Source of the DNA: Neodothiora populina
Lineage: Eukaryota
NCBI RefSeq assembly: GCF_041146345.1
Contig: NW_027191404.1
Span: 1,984,001 to 2,048,000 of the forward strand
Length of the DNA stretch: 64,000 bases
Reading direction: 5' to 3'
Positions within the stretch are counted from its first letter, which is position 1. Every line of letters begins with the position of its first letter. Position numbers and translations under genes: made by a program. Shown here piece by piece: positions 1 through 13,485 of the stretch. The notes under the pieces were generated by a model, which made no database searches, was not told where the DNA came from, and saw only the letters and a list, made by a program, of their open reading frames with translations.

Positions 1-1097
1 CATTTTAAACTATCAGCCCCGGACGGGAATCAACACTCGCTTCTGCCGTCCAATGCCATCAACAAAAACAACTCCAACACTCTGATCGTGAAATAATGGA
101 CCTGAACATGGTCAACGGTGATTCTAAGACCGCGTCAGCTAGAGTCGTCGCTCCCTGGATGCCTTACGGGCTTAAAAAGGACCTTACGACCTTCTGAGCC
201 GTCGCCACACCACATTCTACAAGATCATATTCCATTCGAATACCCTGCTGTCTGACCTTGCTGCCGTAGATCTCCCCGCATCATGCCATGTGCCTAGATG
301 TAGTTTATTTCAACTTCATTGTTCCTGGCGCCATGTGGACCTTGGCACGTGACTCGGGCTACAACGCCTCTCCGTTTCAGCAGCATGGGCCCCTCGAGGT
401 CCGGGAACTTTGATTCAGCGTGGCAGAAAGGATAAAGTGTCGCATTCGAAAGCTTTAATCTGCATATTGGTTGGAAGTTCGACCGATACATGTCCTGAGT
501 ATCTTGCATAGCAGTCACGAGGTCAAGCTCAGACGAGTTGTGCAAGAACCACACCCCTGCCCGAAGGAGCAAGACAAGTGGCGTTTACAGATGGTGTATG
601 ACTGATATATAAGTGAAGATGTTCTCTGATCGCATTGTTGCAGATGCAGTAGTGATCCGAGTATACAGAATTTGCTTCGAGCACAGTGACGGAAGAACGC
701 ACATACTCGAATGCTGACGGGACGATTGCTTGGTGTTGCTCCAGTGCTTGACTTGACGTACGTCCCCAGGTTTCGGGATGTCTTGGCATTGCTATACAGT
801 CAGAACCACCGGAGCACAACGACAATAAAGGGCACGAATCCATTGAGCTACCTTATGTTCCAGGCATGAACTGACCTGAAATGCATTTTTCATATCAGCT
901 GTTATACATTTCACTGCCAACGTGTGATTGGCCCCATTTCGTGCTTCCTCCCAACGCTTCCATATATACATTGACGCCTCTAACGCTATGCACCGAGAAA
1001 CAAAAACCGTATAGCGCATCCCAAACCACTTTTTCGTCCGAACAACATCGAATTCGAGGAGTATCCTCAAGCTCTTCCCATAGTGTACAAGATAGAT

Positions 1098-3348
1098 TTA
1101 CTTGCCGAAACCTGGAACGCCGGTCCAGGCCTTGCCCTCGGGCAGCTTGGGCTTGCCGAAGCCGAGATCGAGGTCCAAGATGATCTTGAGTGCGTTGCGA
1201 CTCCTCAGGTACGGCAGAGGAGCGTTGGCTTGTTGTAGACCGGTTGCGGGCTCTACGCTTCCTCTTGGGCCGAGGTCTTCCTCGCCGCCGGGCAAGGGAA
1301 GAAGCCCTTGTAGAACTTCGTATCCGGCAAGGGTGAATCCGAATTGTGGCGATGATCGGAGGATACGAGCAGGACCACCCTTGAAGAAAGCGCGGAAGCC
1401 TTCTTCTCTCCAGACTGTCTTGGCGCAGTGTCGGAGGGAGGTGTATTGTGTGTCTCCCTTGCGCGCTTCGACTTGAAGACGGGTCTTGATGACGTCGCAG
1501 GGGGTCGTGAGGTAGGCGGCGGGCATACCAGCAATGGCACCTGCGGTGAGGAGCTGCAGAACGCCTGATTGACAAGAAGTGTTAGCAACAACACGGACAA
1601 AGTTGTAAGGTAAGCAATAGCTGACCGAGCTTCTTGTTGGGGCCCTCGCCGAAGTAATCTCTCTTCAAGTGGTTGTACGTGGGGAAATAGATGGCGGAGA
1701 ACGGAACATCTCTCAATAGACAAGCGCTAGCTCCCTTGTAAAGACCAACCAAACCCAAGTTGCGCACAATCCACATAGCACTCCTCTTTTCGACCTGCTT
1801 CTGCGATTTGGCGACCTCTCCCTGCACTTGCAATCGAATTTTGACAATCTCGAGAGGGTTGGTGAAGATGACTTGACATGCACCTGCAGAAGCACCAGCA
1901 AGGACCTCGTAAGGCCACCAAATGGCTCCAGTCTTGGGGTTGGAGAACTTGCCGCGGACAAGGTCGTTGACAGTCAGCTTGATGGCCTTTTCGGGGGCGA
2001 CACCGACCAGCTGAGGCAAGACGCCAGAGTATAGACCCTTCGCACCCTCGTTGGAGATGACCTTCTTGAAGCAGTCGAGAGAGTTCTTGTAGAGCAATTG
2101 ACCCACCCTAGCGCTTCGCTGATTCTGCATGCGAGTCTTGACCAGATCGATGGGGTAAACCATAAAGGCACCAAAGGCACCGGCGATGGATCCAAGAGCG
2201 AAGTGATGAGCACTAACAAGGACGTCGTGCAGGAATGACTTGGACTTTGCGACGGCGGCTGCTGCAACATCAGAAGCGGCGCCGGTTGCGTGGGAGGCAT
2301 GCGAGGCGATCCACGAAGCATCGAGAACTCTGGCAAAGTCGGAAACGGCAAGGCGACCCGAAGGTTGATCCAAGCTAGCAAAGTGGAAGAGAATATCGGC
2401 CTCCATTGGGGTGAACAGAGAGAAGCGGGTGATGCGAGCAGCCTCGTTCAAGAAGTCAGTTCGAGTGATCTTGCCATCATCGGACTTCTGTACAGCGTTG
2501 CGAATGACGAGTTCGACAAGATCCATCTCACGAACGACGTTCTGGAAAGCGCGCACGTTGGCGTAAGAGATCTTGCTGCCAGGCGAGATGTTGCAGAGGG
2601 TGGTCAGGTTGGAAAGAAGATGGTCGGACAGCTTGTGGCCAGCGGTCTCTCGAATGATACGCTCGAAGTCGTCAGGCTCAATGTAACCATCGTTGTTCTT
2701 GTCAAGACGGTGGAAAGCCTGGCGGATACGCTCGCCCTGAAGACCTCTAAGCATCTGGGCGAATTGAGGGTATGTCATGCTGTGCCTGTTCTTGCTGTCG
2801 CCAATGTAGAGAGAGGCCCAATTGGAGTCCCAGTCAAAGGGGATGGTATCGGGGTTGCGGTTGCGAGCGTAGGCGTCCTTGAACGACTTGAAGTCGACCA
2901 TACCGGTCTTTGGGTCTGCGAAGAGGCGGAAGGCAATCTCGTACTCGGCATCAGGCTTGGCCAACAGGTTGTTGAATGTGCTCCAATCGGAGAGGGTAAC
3001 GCGACCGCTTTTGCTGCGGTCCGCGACCTGGAAGAGAATGGCATATTGCGAGCGCTTGATCTTGTGCTGTTTGGAGAGTAGAGTGAGTCAGCGGAGGTGT
3101 TGTTTTTATTCACAAAAAGCCATTGAGAACGACAAGCAGCAAAGGGCGCAAGACGGACGTACGTAGTCTTCGCTCTCGGGAGCAATGGCGCTGATGAAAC
3201 GATCCTCGTCCATGTAGTAGTCTCCAGACTCGGTGTCATCGATGGCATGTTGCATGAAATCAAGACGCGACTGGTGGGAGAGCTGAGGCTCATCCTCAAC
3301 TCCCAGAAGCGCCTCCTTGACGGTCTCTTTCATGGCTACGGCAGTCAT
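1098..3348 (-). CDS. AGC1: Mitochondrial aspartate/glutamate carrier with N-terminal EF-hand region (Aralar/citrin-like); exons 3348-3163, 3066-1626, 1564-1098
   Basis: Three carrier signatures (PIDLVKTRMQ, PLEIVKIRLQ, PCDVIKTRLQ); GVAPEKAIKL and RDVPFSAIYF motifs; EF-hand-like DKNNDGYIE. Introns 3067-3162 (GTACGT..GCTGAC..CAG) and 1565-1625 (GTCAGC..GCTAAC..CAG) join the three ORF pieces in frame. Confidence 0.95.
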
Positions 3349-4426
3349 GGTGGCGATGAGAGACGTATGTAAGGACTAGATGAGACGAGAAGGGTGTAAG
3401 ATGGTACTCTGTACGCCGTTGCTGGGCTTGTGACTGGCCTGTGATGCGATGTCGGCCTCAGGAAGAAGTGCGTCCGGGGAAAGATAGAGACGCACGGTTG
3501 CCCGAGTGCGCACTTGCCTTGAGTCGGTGGTGTGAGAAGTGGAAGAAGTGGAAGAGTGTACACTGTAGGGCCACGGTGGCTATCGGGAGACGGTCAATTA
3601 GATGCTCGTTGAACTATGAAGCTAGCATAAGGTATACTGAGATACAGGACTCACCTGTCACGCTCTACGTGTTCCAAAATTCACAAGGACGCTAAGAAAA
3701 GCCCAGAGTTCAGGTACTCGACGGTTGATACTGGGACTATGGCAATATACCTTAGAGTTACCTGACACTACTTTAGCCAGAGCAAGCAAGGAAGACGAAC
3801 ACACAAGGAAACTTTTGATTTTCTAATCGACCGCTCTTATAAGCTCAAAGGTCACGCCGCAATTCGTCACATAGGCTACTCAGATGAATAGAAAGACTTG
3901 TTTCGGGAGAAGTCGGCCCTGATTGGCTCCATGTTTACTGGAGGAAGAAAAAGAAAGATTAATCCACCTCGCGCTTCCGGTGACTGTCAACTTTGTGCAC
4001 TACAAGTGAAAATGTTAAGGCTCGAGTCACGATGCGATTAAGGTTATCGATTTATCCTGGAATTTCCGAGCCACTCTTGGTCATTTCATCCGGCTTGGCG
4101 ACGAGTGCGAGCCTGCCAAGACTGTTCAATAGGAGCTCCAAGCCCGCTACTGCCCTCATGTCTGGAGTACAGAGGTACCTGTCGCGATGTCTCTTTAGGG
4201 AAGGTACGCCGACAGGCAACAACGACGTCAGTCCGATCTCAGCTGCAACACCACCATTTGCATGTGAATGATACCCGGGTGAATAAGTATAATCGAGGAA
4301 GAGCAATAGACGTCAGAGGACTGAGGTGCTCATCACGACTAACATCAACTTCAATCATAAACACGCCAGGTCTTTGACAACTCATACAGCTACCTGAGAC
4401 ATATAAACAGTCGAACCTGATCCAAA

Positions 4427-5971
4427 ATGGCAGGCGTGGTGGAGCAAAGTGCTCACTTTACAGATCGTAGGACCAAGGGATTGCCTGTCGCCGGTAAGTG
4501 GGATGCGCTCGGAGAACATATATGTATATCTCTATTTGTGGACCTGTACTGAGTCTATACGTCCCACAGATGCCCCAAAGTTCGATCTTGAGAGTTATGC
4601 GACCAACTACGACTTGCACACACGGATCCTACGCCTGAGGCATATCGCCCAAATATGTCCTCCTCTTGCTCTCGAGGCCTTGCATCTCGCTTTTGCTGCA
4701 GTCAAAAACACCAAGGATACGGCTCTGTATCTAAGTCTCGCTACGCTTCTGCGCAACGTCGATCCCAGCGATCCTCTAGCTACGCCACAACTGGATTGGG
4801 TGGAAAGGACGAACAAACTAAATGAGCAGGAGACAGATCGTCTTGAACATGAGCTGCGTGGCTACAAGAACAATCTCATCAAGGAGAGCATCAGGGTTAG
4901 TTCTAGTGGTCATCCCAAATATCATGCATGTCTCGGGTCTAACAGTATGTGAACCTCCAGATGGGTCAAGAAGATCTCGGAACGCATTATCTAAACATGG
5001 CAAACTTCGATGCTGCTGCAAAGGCCTACCAGAAGATGCGCGAGTTCTGCACGACGCCCAAACACATCGCCGAAATGACTACTAAGCTGATATACATCAA
5101 CCTCATCTCACATCAGTGGCTTCACGCCTTATCAAACTGCCAGAAACTGCGTGCTCTATCCTTGCGACCTGAAGACAAGGCTCGCTTTGATCCCATAGCC
5201 CAGGTTGCGTCTGCCCTGGCCAACATGGGTCAAGGCAACTATCGAATGGCCGCCGTGACTTTCATCGCCGTGGACCCATCATATATTACTCTTGGACCTG
5301 TCGCAGGAGTTGACTTTGCCACCAGCGTCATGACTGGCAACGACGTCGCCGTCTATGCGGCACTTTGCGCACTTGCTTCGATGGACCGCCAGGAGCTACA
5401 GTCTCTTGTTCTTGACGATTCTCGCTTCCGCAACTTTCTCGAGCTTGAGCCTCACGTTCGCCGGTCGATATCTCTTTTCTGCGCGGGAAAGTACACCCAT
5501 ACTCTTGCCATTCTCGACTCTTATCGCAACGACTACCTCCTCGACCTCTTTTTGACGTCACATCTCGACTCGCTTTACCAAATGATCAGGAGCAAGAGCA
5601 TCGTTCAGTATTTTGTTCCATTCTCGTCGGTCACATTATCCGCACTCGCGACTGCATTTCCTCCCTCCGCCGCGCCCTCTGCATCGGCTACTTCGGGATC
5701 TATCGAGGATGAGCTGGTCGACATGATCCACCGCCGTCAGCTCCACGCCAGGATCGACTCTGTGAACGGTATTCTCGAGCCTCCACCAAAGGACAGCAGA
5801 GAAGATGCCCATCAAGCAGTCATGAACACAGCCGACGATATCGAGCATCAGCTTCGCTTGAAGCTGCACCGGATCAACATGATGCAGGCCGGACTCGAGA
5901 TCCAAGCGCCCAAGAGTGGAAAGGGTAAGAGCGCGTGGGCGCAAGGTAACCCTGCGCTTTCAATGGCGTGA
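4427..5971 (+). CDS. CSN1: COP9 signalosome subunit 1 (RPN7/PCI domain); exons 4427-4493, 4570-4895, 4961-5971
   Basis: LEHELRGYKNNLIKESIRMGQEDLG and FRNFLELEPHVR are CSN1-typical, followed by a C-terminal PCI region (LHARIDSVNGIL). Introns 4494-4569 (GTAAGT..CAG) and 4896-4960 (GTTAGT..CTAAC..CAG) keep the frame. Confidence 0.92.
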
Positions 5972-7079
5972 GTGGAAAGGCAGAGATATGGTTCGGTGGG
6001 CGTCATGGGACTGTGGAAGGACGGACGGGCTTTGGTCAGGCGAAGATACTAGATGGGATCGGGATCGAGACATGGCGGGGACAGCGGCATTGTCTCTATG
6101 AATTGTTTGTTACACGACTCGGAAATGCATAGCTACGGCGTTTTCTTTTCTCTACTCATTCTTCACAAAACATCCACGAGCGTGGGTCGTGATTGAGACA
6201 CAAATATCAGGCATTTCCTGAGGGACGGGGTGTGGGTCGGGAAAAGAAGAGACATAACGAGATGAAAGGAACAAGCTAGACAGACAGACAGACAGACAGC
6301 TTACATCTCACCCTCCCCTCTACCATTACATAATCAGGGGTGTTCGTTCCTCTACACTATACCACCTGCCTTTCCGGCCCTGTCTGGTTCACAAAGACAT
6401 GAACCGAACGAGTGTCTGTCTCAGATAGTGCGGTATACAATACAGCAAATGACCCAGAGAAGCCAAGCCAAGCATAGGAAACCACAAGAACAGTCCAAAA
6501 GCAGAAAGCCAAGCAGCGAATGCATCGAAGCGAGAAAGGACACGAGACGAGAACACTGTATCCAAGTGATAGGTAAAAGAGTACCTCGTTATCAACGAGG
6601 ACAGGGTCGCCCACATGCCAACATGCCCGCACTCGAGAAATGCAGAGAACACCCCTCTCTGTCTTGCAGTTCTTGATATCAGGTGATTGGAACGGACATT
6701 CATGACAGAGCGGGAGGAAGTCTGAGCATGGAAACATGGCGAGAGATCGGGATGTTCAGATATCAAGCAAGTAAGGAGTAGGCTCATTGAATAGAGTGGT
6801 ATGATAGTAGTGTAGTATATACCCTTTCGCGCGTGAAACATTCGCTTTGATGCGACAAGGAATCCAATATACTGAGCTAGCTCGAACACACACACACACA
6901 CACATGGAGGGGCTTGGATAACCTCCCCTGGAACAGAATCCAATGCACGTCGAAATGGTGTGAAAGACTCCCGAAGAAAGATGGGAATTGATAGAGAAGG
7001 AAGGACAAGAAACAAGAGAAGAACGCCGTGGTATCACGCTATAACAATTCATCGAACCAAAAGAGAAACGAAACTCATC

Positions 7080-9358
7080 TCAATCGCCGTCCCCGAACAA
7101 TTCACCCGCTTCGCGACAATACCTCGCTTCACCGGCTCCTCCCCTCCCGCCGGTTTCGCTCGCCCAGCAGATCAGACTCGCGTCCACCACGCCCCCGATC
7201 ACGCCTTCGATGGCACCCAGGACTGCCCATCCGATCGTCGCCGCGATGAAACCCACGATATAGGCGTAGAGACTCCCCTTGAATCCTCCGCCTGCGAGCT
7301 GCACGGTTCGAGCTGACTTGACCCAGCCGCCGAAACCCAGGGCAAACGACATGATGAACCGGGTCGCGTGCAACAAGAGTTTGGCGAGTCGATATGGGAT
7401 CAGACTGCCTCCTGATGGTGACGCAAATGCCGACGGGTTCAATGTGGTGGTGGGGGATGTCTTGGAGACAAAGTGCAGCTGAGACAAGCCGCGCGCACTG
7501 ATACTCAAGGGCTGCGAATGGATGGCGGCATACGTCAGTGTCAGCGGATTCGTGAGTGCTGCCAGAGAGGTCGGCACCATGGAAAAGGCGCACAGCGTTA
7601 CGAGACTGGCAATTCGGCGGGGCAGGATGATGAGCGGCAGACGGATCAGCAGTGCCAAAAATGTCGAAAGACAGATGGTGCCGAGCATAGGACCTGCAGC
7701 ATGGGAGAACGAGGCCTTTACCACAGCAGTCGACGAGGGCGCCGGCACGCTCAAACGGTGAAAGTACCATTGAGACACCGTTGCTGCGGTCGTCGCACGC
7801 TGGATGCCAGCGATGACACCCAATGACCACAGATAGACCATGGCAAAATAAAAGCCCAGCCACCAGGTGTTCAGATCAACAATGAAAGTCTGAACTTTGG
7901 AAAGGTGACCTCCCAGGAATATCCTCGTGAACATGCCCATCCAGATCCATGTGAAGCACACGACAACGCCCAGCGTGCCGAAGCCCATTAGTGTCAAGGC
8001 AGGGGATGCGGTCACGATGCGGCAGGCGAACTCCAGGATGCCGATTGCTTTGCCCAGAGAGTGTCGGCCTTTGTATACGGAGTAGACCCAAACGCAAGCA
8101 GTCACGGCGGGAACAAGTGAGAGCCATCGCATCGCCCGGTCTTGGATGCTGGTGCCACTCCACGCACCCTTGTAGCTCGAGACGAAGGGATATATAGAAA
8201 AGGAGACGAGGATGACGGGCACAGCAACCAACATGGCCAGAACCAGGAAGCGGACATATTCTCGCAGAAGAGCAAGCCAGATCATGGCAACAATGACTGT
8301 AAGTACCGTGTCCCACAAGAGCATGTTGATCGAGGACATGAGTGCGGAATATATAGTGTCTCCCAGCGGCTTCTTTGACGTCGGGGTCGAGGTGTGCAGC
8401 CAGACCAAGACAAAGGTCGCAAACATGGCAAAGATGGCAATCTTGTATAATGAAGCCCAGAACAAGTCGTGGCGTGGCGGTTCGGGAGCTGGAAGGATGA
8501 CGGTGGGTGGCACGCTGTCTTGATCCGGGCTGGGTGGGCGTGGTCGTGCAAACGCGGTTTCGGAATCGGTCTCTCGGGGGATGAAAGAGGAAGGCATTGG
8601 CGGAGGAGGGTGTCGCGAAGGCGTGTTGATGAAGCGCTGTACGGCCGGGGGTCGATCGTACTCGTCAGAGTCCTCGTGCAGGGTAGAGGCCAGCTCGATG
8701 TCGACCAAGCGATCTCTGCCTCTACTCGTGCTGCTGGGCATGCTGGCTTCAGACTCGGGAACAGAGGCGGATCTCTTCGATGCGGGCTGTCGCGGCGGAC
8801 TGTTGTCCAGAGGATAGTCGTCCGAGGGAGCATCGTCCTGGACGATGAGGTGAGCCGGCGGGTCGTCGGAGTTGTCGCGGTAGTCGTCGTCGAGTTCGGA
8901 CGACTCTGTCAGATGGCTGGGACCAAAGTTCCGCCTCGACTTCTGTAATGCCAGATAGTCGGCCATGTCCCGCTCATGAAGAGCTTCATCGTCCTCTTGC
9001 TCGAAGCCCTGGTGAGTGCTAAACAGCGGGACTTCGGTGTCCTGAGGTCGGCGCGAGGCGAAAGGAAAGCGTGAGAGGTACGAGGCAGATTGCTGATACG
9101 GACTGGGCATGGTGGGCCGCTGCACATAGCGCGAGTTGGAGGCCAGACGTCGTCGATCCAGAGGGTTGCGCGATCGGTTCTCGACATCCTGTTGTGCAGC
9201 GGGCAGATTGCTCTGCGACTGGGCGAGGAATCGAGAGGCATCTGGGAGGAGACTTGTGTGAGTGGCCAGGTCACGCGACAGGAAGAAGAGAGGAAATGCA
9301 AAGGACGGGACGTGTGATTGAGTGAGTCTGGGCGGTGAAACTTACATTCGGAGAACAT
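7080..9358 (-). CDS. Choline transporter-like (CTL/SLC44 family) multi-pass membrane protein; 13-nt first coding exon 9358-9346, exon 2 9241-7080
   Basis: About 10 hydrophobic segments, a VSQWYF motif and a long disordered N-terminus. Intron 9242-9345 (GTAAGT..CAG) gives the N-terminus MFSEYASRFLAQSQS in frame with the 681-aa ORF. Confidence 0.82.
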
Positions 9359-9677
9359 GACTTGGTTCACGGAAAGGTGAGCACGACGACCAACGACAGC
9401 GACACTGTGACGCTGACGTCGACGGTGCGGAGATGGTGTTGTCGAGCAACGGCTGTCGACTCCGCAAGGCAACACTGGCGGTGGAGAAGAAGGCAAGCAC
9501 GGAACAACAGGATGTTGGAGGCGCCGGATGTGATTGTCAGGCAGAGGTAAGGTTTGGTCAGGTCAGGTCAGGTAGGCTGCAGGCTGTGGAGATATGTGCG
9601 AGATGGAGATAAGATGGTGCGCACGGAGCTTCTCCAGTATAGACAAGGGTACTGGAGATCTAGTGTGTACCGGTGTG

Positions 9678-9745
9678 GAAGAGGTGAAGAGGTGAAGAGG
9701 TGAAGTGGTGAAGAGGTGAAGAGGTGAAGAGGTGGGTGAAGAGGT
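9678..9745. repeat. Tandem 8-bp repeat (GAAGAGGT)~8, imperfect
   Basis: Seen directly; it forms a pyrimidine-rich tract on the minus strand upstream of the CTL gene. Confidence 0.9.
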
Positions 9746-10805
9746 ATGTGATGAGGATGTCAGAGGGAGATTAGGTGTGAGACAATAGAAACAGCGGATG
9801 TGGTCAGGGACGGCGAGCACCTCAGACAGAATGGAGGGTTCAAATGTGGCCGGACTTAGGCAGCGGTGATGAAAGGATTGGGAAAAGACAAGAACGCGAT
9901 GACTCGGTATGTAGGTAGCTATCAGCTGCTGCTACTACTACCACTGTGGGCAGATATGCTAACGTCTGATTGATCAAGACTGACACAAGCACGTCCCACA
10001 GCTCCAAGTAGAAAGATTCAACGCCTGGTTTCCATGCAAATGCAAATGCAGATGCAAATGCAAGTGCAAGTGCAGCGACAAGTGGAATAAAGTGACCGAC
10101 ACCTGGGATTTGATGGTCACGACCCAAGGGCGACGACTGATGACGAAAGCGTCAAAGGCGCTCGTGCTCGTGCTTCGGTCTTGTCCTTGTGATTGTTGTT
10201 ATTGTCGTCTAGAGATACACTGGTGAAGTCTGGACATGTCTTGTTTGATGATAAAACAGTGATGCCCACACTATAAGGTACAAGAAGCAAGGCAAGTCGC
10301 ATTCAGTAAGGTAGATTAATGTACTTGTTTCATTCACCAATACGTCCCGGAGTTTCTAACCCCGACCCAGGAAACCTTGGGACGACGGGGTAGACGGAGC
10401 TGGAGAAGCCGACGATGATTCTCCAAAGGGTCCAGCCTGGACAGATCAAAGACGAAAAGACAGAGAAAGAGAGGCGAACCGTTCCAGGCGGGGTCCGATA
10501 AGGCGAGATTGAATATCACGGAGATTGTGTCAGATATCACACCTTAGCTTGATTAATAGTGGTCTACTCTTAAGGTATTGTTCATTCGAAGCTGTACGTG
10601 TCTTGTCGAATAATCAGCACCAGCTCTGCAATTGGAGGTGACAGGTCTTCTGTATATATCTTAATATACAAGTCAAAAGCTATACGTCTCCAGCAATGGC
10701 CCGTCGCTAATAAGACTACATCTGATTGTCCACGAAAGAGGCAGACCCAGCCTCCACTCCTTCCCTCTTCGACAAGAGAACATAGAGGCAGGAAAAAGCA
10801 TCATC

Positions 10806-12882
10806 ATGTCTCAACCAGCGCAGCAACAGCAGACGCAGGTCGCGGCAGAGGCCGACCAAGGCAGTGGATGGACCTCCAACATCCGCTCTGTCATGCAAAT
10901 CGTCGGTATCTTCGTCTTCTCCCAGGTTGTCCTGAAACAATTCATGGGCGCTGCCAAAACGGACACGGTCAAACCCACAGAGGCCGCCTTCTCTCCTGGA
11001 GCCCGTCCGCCCGATGCTTCTCTGCACTCTGCTATACCGCAGACCATCATGCCCCTGTGGCCGTCCAATGTCTCTCTAGACCTTGCCATGTACATCTCGC
11101 CCTCACTGGCAATGCCCGCCCTCAAGTCGATGCCCTCGGAATCCCTCATTATTGACGAAAAGGCCTTCCGCTTCGGCGACTACAACGACAAGCGTGACAT
11201 CAACACCGTCATCAATGTCCCCAAGGCCGTGCAGGAGAACGGCACACTCTGGGCCCATTTCTACGTTGCTCACCACGGCGCAGTCCTCGACCCCACCGCC
11301 CCTGGATACGACTTCTCAAAGGCATACCGTGTTTCTCGCCCACTCACCCAGTATCTGGGCAAGAAGAAGGTTGCCAAGACGAGAAACCTGCTGTCTGCCT
11401 CGGAAGACGAGCTTGAATCGACCGACGAGCATGTCCACGATTCTACTGGGCCTACCATCACCTCGTTCTATCACCCCAACTTCACTCTCTCTTTTATTCC
11501 CGACTCGGGCGCTATCCAGTTCCCCCAGATGCACCCCGCTACCCGTCAGTTTGTCCATCTCGAGCCCAGTGGTGCCCGCGATGAGTCCGGCAAAGGTGCC
11601 TGGTACTACCCTATCTTGTGGCCAAACACTTTCTGGCAGCTGCGAAGCCACATGACCGAGATCAATTCCACAGTCACCGAGCTTCCCCTCAACATACAGC
11701 TCAAGAACGAAGCCAATTGGAAGTTCAGCATAATGGCCAGCATGGACGAGGGCATGAAGGAGAACGCACGAAAGGCCGCACAAGGCCAGACTGCCGCGGG
11801 CGGTGGTGACGGCAGCGAACTCGAGATGATCAAGGAGGTCATCCTGGACAGCAACATCTACCTTCTGGCCACCACGGGTATCGTCAGCATTTTCCACATG
11901 ATTTTCGAGCTGCTGGCATTCAAGAGCGATGTCTCGCATTGGAAAAACAAGAAAGACAATGTGGGTACTTCGGTCCGTACGATCCTGGCCAACGTCTTCA
12001 TGCAGGCCATCATCTTCCTCTACCTCCTGGACAACAACGAGAACACTTCCTGGATGATTCTGTTCGGTCAAGGAATGGGTATTGCCATCGAGGCTTGGAA
12101 GATCACAAAGTCTGTCGATGTGCGCGTTCGCCCCACCCCCGAGGGTTCCCTGCTGCCGTATCGCGTCGTCTTCGAGGACAAGCACAAGTTGTCGGACGTG
12201 GAGAAGAAGACGCAAGAGTACGACGAGATTGCCTTCAAGTATCTCTACATTGTCGCCGTGCCTTTGCTTCTAGCGTACGCCGTCTACTCTCTGCTGTATG
12301 ACTCGCACAAGAGCTGGTACAGCTTCATCATCGCCACTCTCGTCGGCTCCGTCTACGCATACGGATTCCTCATGATGGTCCCGTCGCTCTACATCAACTA
12401 TCGTCTGAAGAGCGTTGCCCACATGCCCGCCAGAGCAATGACGTACAAGTTCCTGAACACTTTCATCGATGATTTGTTTGCCTTTACCATCAAGATGCCC
12501 ACCCTGCATCGTCTGGCCACTCTGCGTGACGACGTCATCTTTTTCGTCTATCTGTACCAATCATACAAATACAAGGTACGTGTTTTTTGTTTTCTTCAGT
12601 CTCTCCGCCAACAAACAATAATACTAACAACGAGAACACCAGGTCGACTACACGCGCGTCAACGAATTCGGCCAAGGCGGCGACGACGAAGAACTCGAGG
12701 AGAAGACGGCGAACAGACCCCTCACGACTCCCGCTGATGCCGATGCCAGCGTCAAGGAAGGCAAGGACATCAAGGCCCCGGAGATCAAGGTCAATGTCAA
12801 TGTCAGCAAGGGCGGGTCGACGTCTGCTTCTGCTTCTTCTTCGTCTGCGAGCAAGAAGGGGGCTGCTAAGAAGAGGAAGTGA
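10806..12882 (+). CDS. CLPTM1: CLPTM1-family ER membrane protein (lipid scramblase family); exons 10806-12575, 12643-12882
   Basis: FELLAFKSDVSHW, PSLYINYRLKSVAHMP, YKFLNTFIDDLFAF and RDDVIFFVYLYQ. Intron 12576-12642 restores YKVDYTRVNEFGQ. The protein ends in KKRK (KKxx ER-retrieval type). Confidence 0.93.
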
Positions 12883-13346
12883 AGCTGAATACAACCATGC
12901 AGCGTTTGAAAGAGGGAAACTCAAATGGAAAAAAGGCGTGTGTGCTCGGAAATAGAAACGTAAATCAGAAAAGAAAAGACCGGGATGATCACCTGGCTAA
13001 AGACCTGTCAAAGACAACCCAATGTCTGTGCAGGACGAGAAAGAAGGAAGAAAGGAAGAAAGGAAGGAATCGGACTCCTTGATCTGTGAAGTGTATATGT
13101 ATATACATCTTGGAAAGCCTTACTCTAGGTTATATATGTATTTGCAAATCTACGTCTTGAACAGCCAGCCTATTCAGAAGTATTCCTCGATCATACAAAG
13201 TCAAGGAAACCACCATACGTATACAAGTCGCGGTATATTCCTTCTTCCTACCTTGACTAGAGTACTAGAGTGAGAATCCATCTTCAATAAACAACACATT
13301 ATACGTGCATGTGTTGAGTTCGTTTCATACATTCAAAAACCATCAT

Positions 13347-13388
13347 CTTTGCTTTTCTTTGCTTTTCTTTGCTTTTCTTTTCTTTTCT
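13347..13388. repeat. Tandem 10-bp repeat (CTTTGCTTTT)~4
   Basis: Seen directly between the 3' ends of CLPTM1 and SCD6. Confidence 0.85.
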
Positions 13389-13485
13389 TAGAGGGGTGAC
13401 GATAGATTTCCTGGTTTTCTAGTTTTACACACTCCTGCTGCTGCTGCTGCTTCTCGCTTATCGAAGAAGAGAAAGGAAACAAAAA

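Noticed and set aside
1..900. Short ORFs and a tRNA-like GATTCCCG stretch near positions 17-37 on the minus strand
   Set aside because: No GGTTCGA T-loop or cloverleaf, and the ORFs have no recognisable motif or consistent splice model.
3900..4245. Possible RNase P/MRP RNA (GGGAGAAGTCGG resembles CR-I)
   Set aside because: No matching CR-V strand to form the P4 helix with its bulged U.
10137..10160. CTGATGA followed by GAAA, resembling a hammerhead ribozyme core
   Set aside because: There is no stem II between the motifs and no stems I or III.
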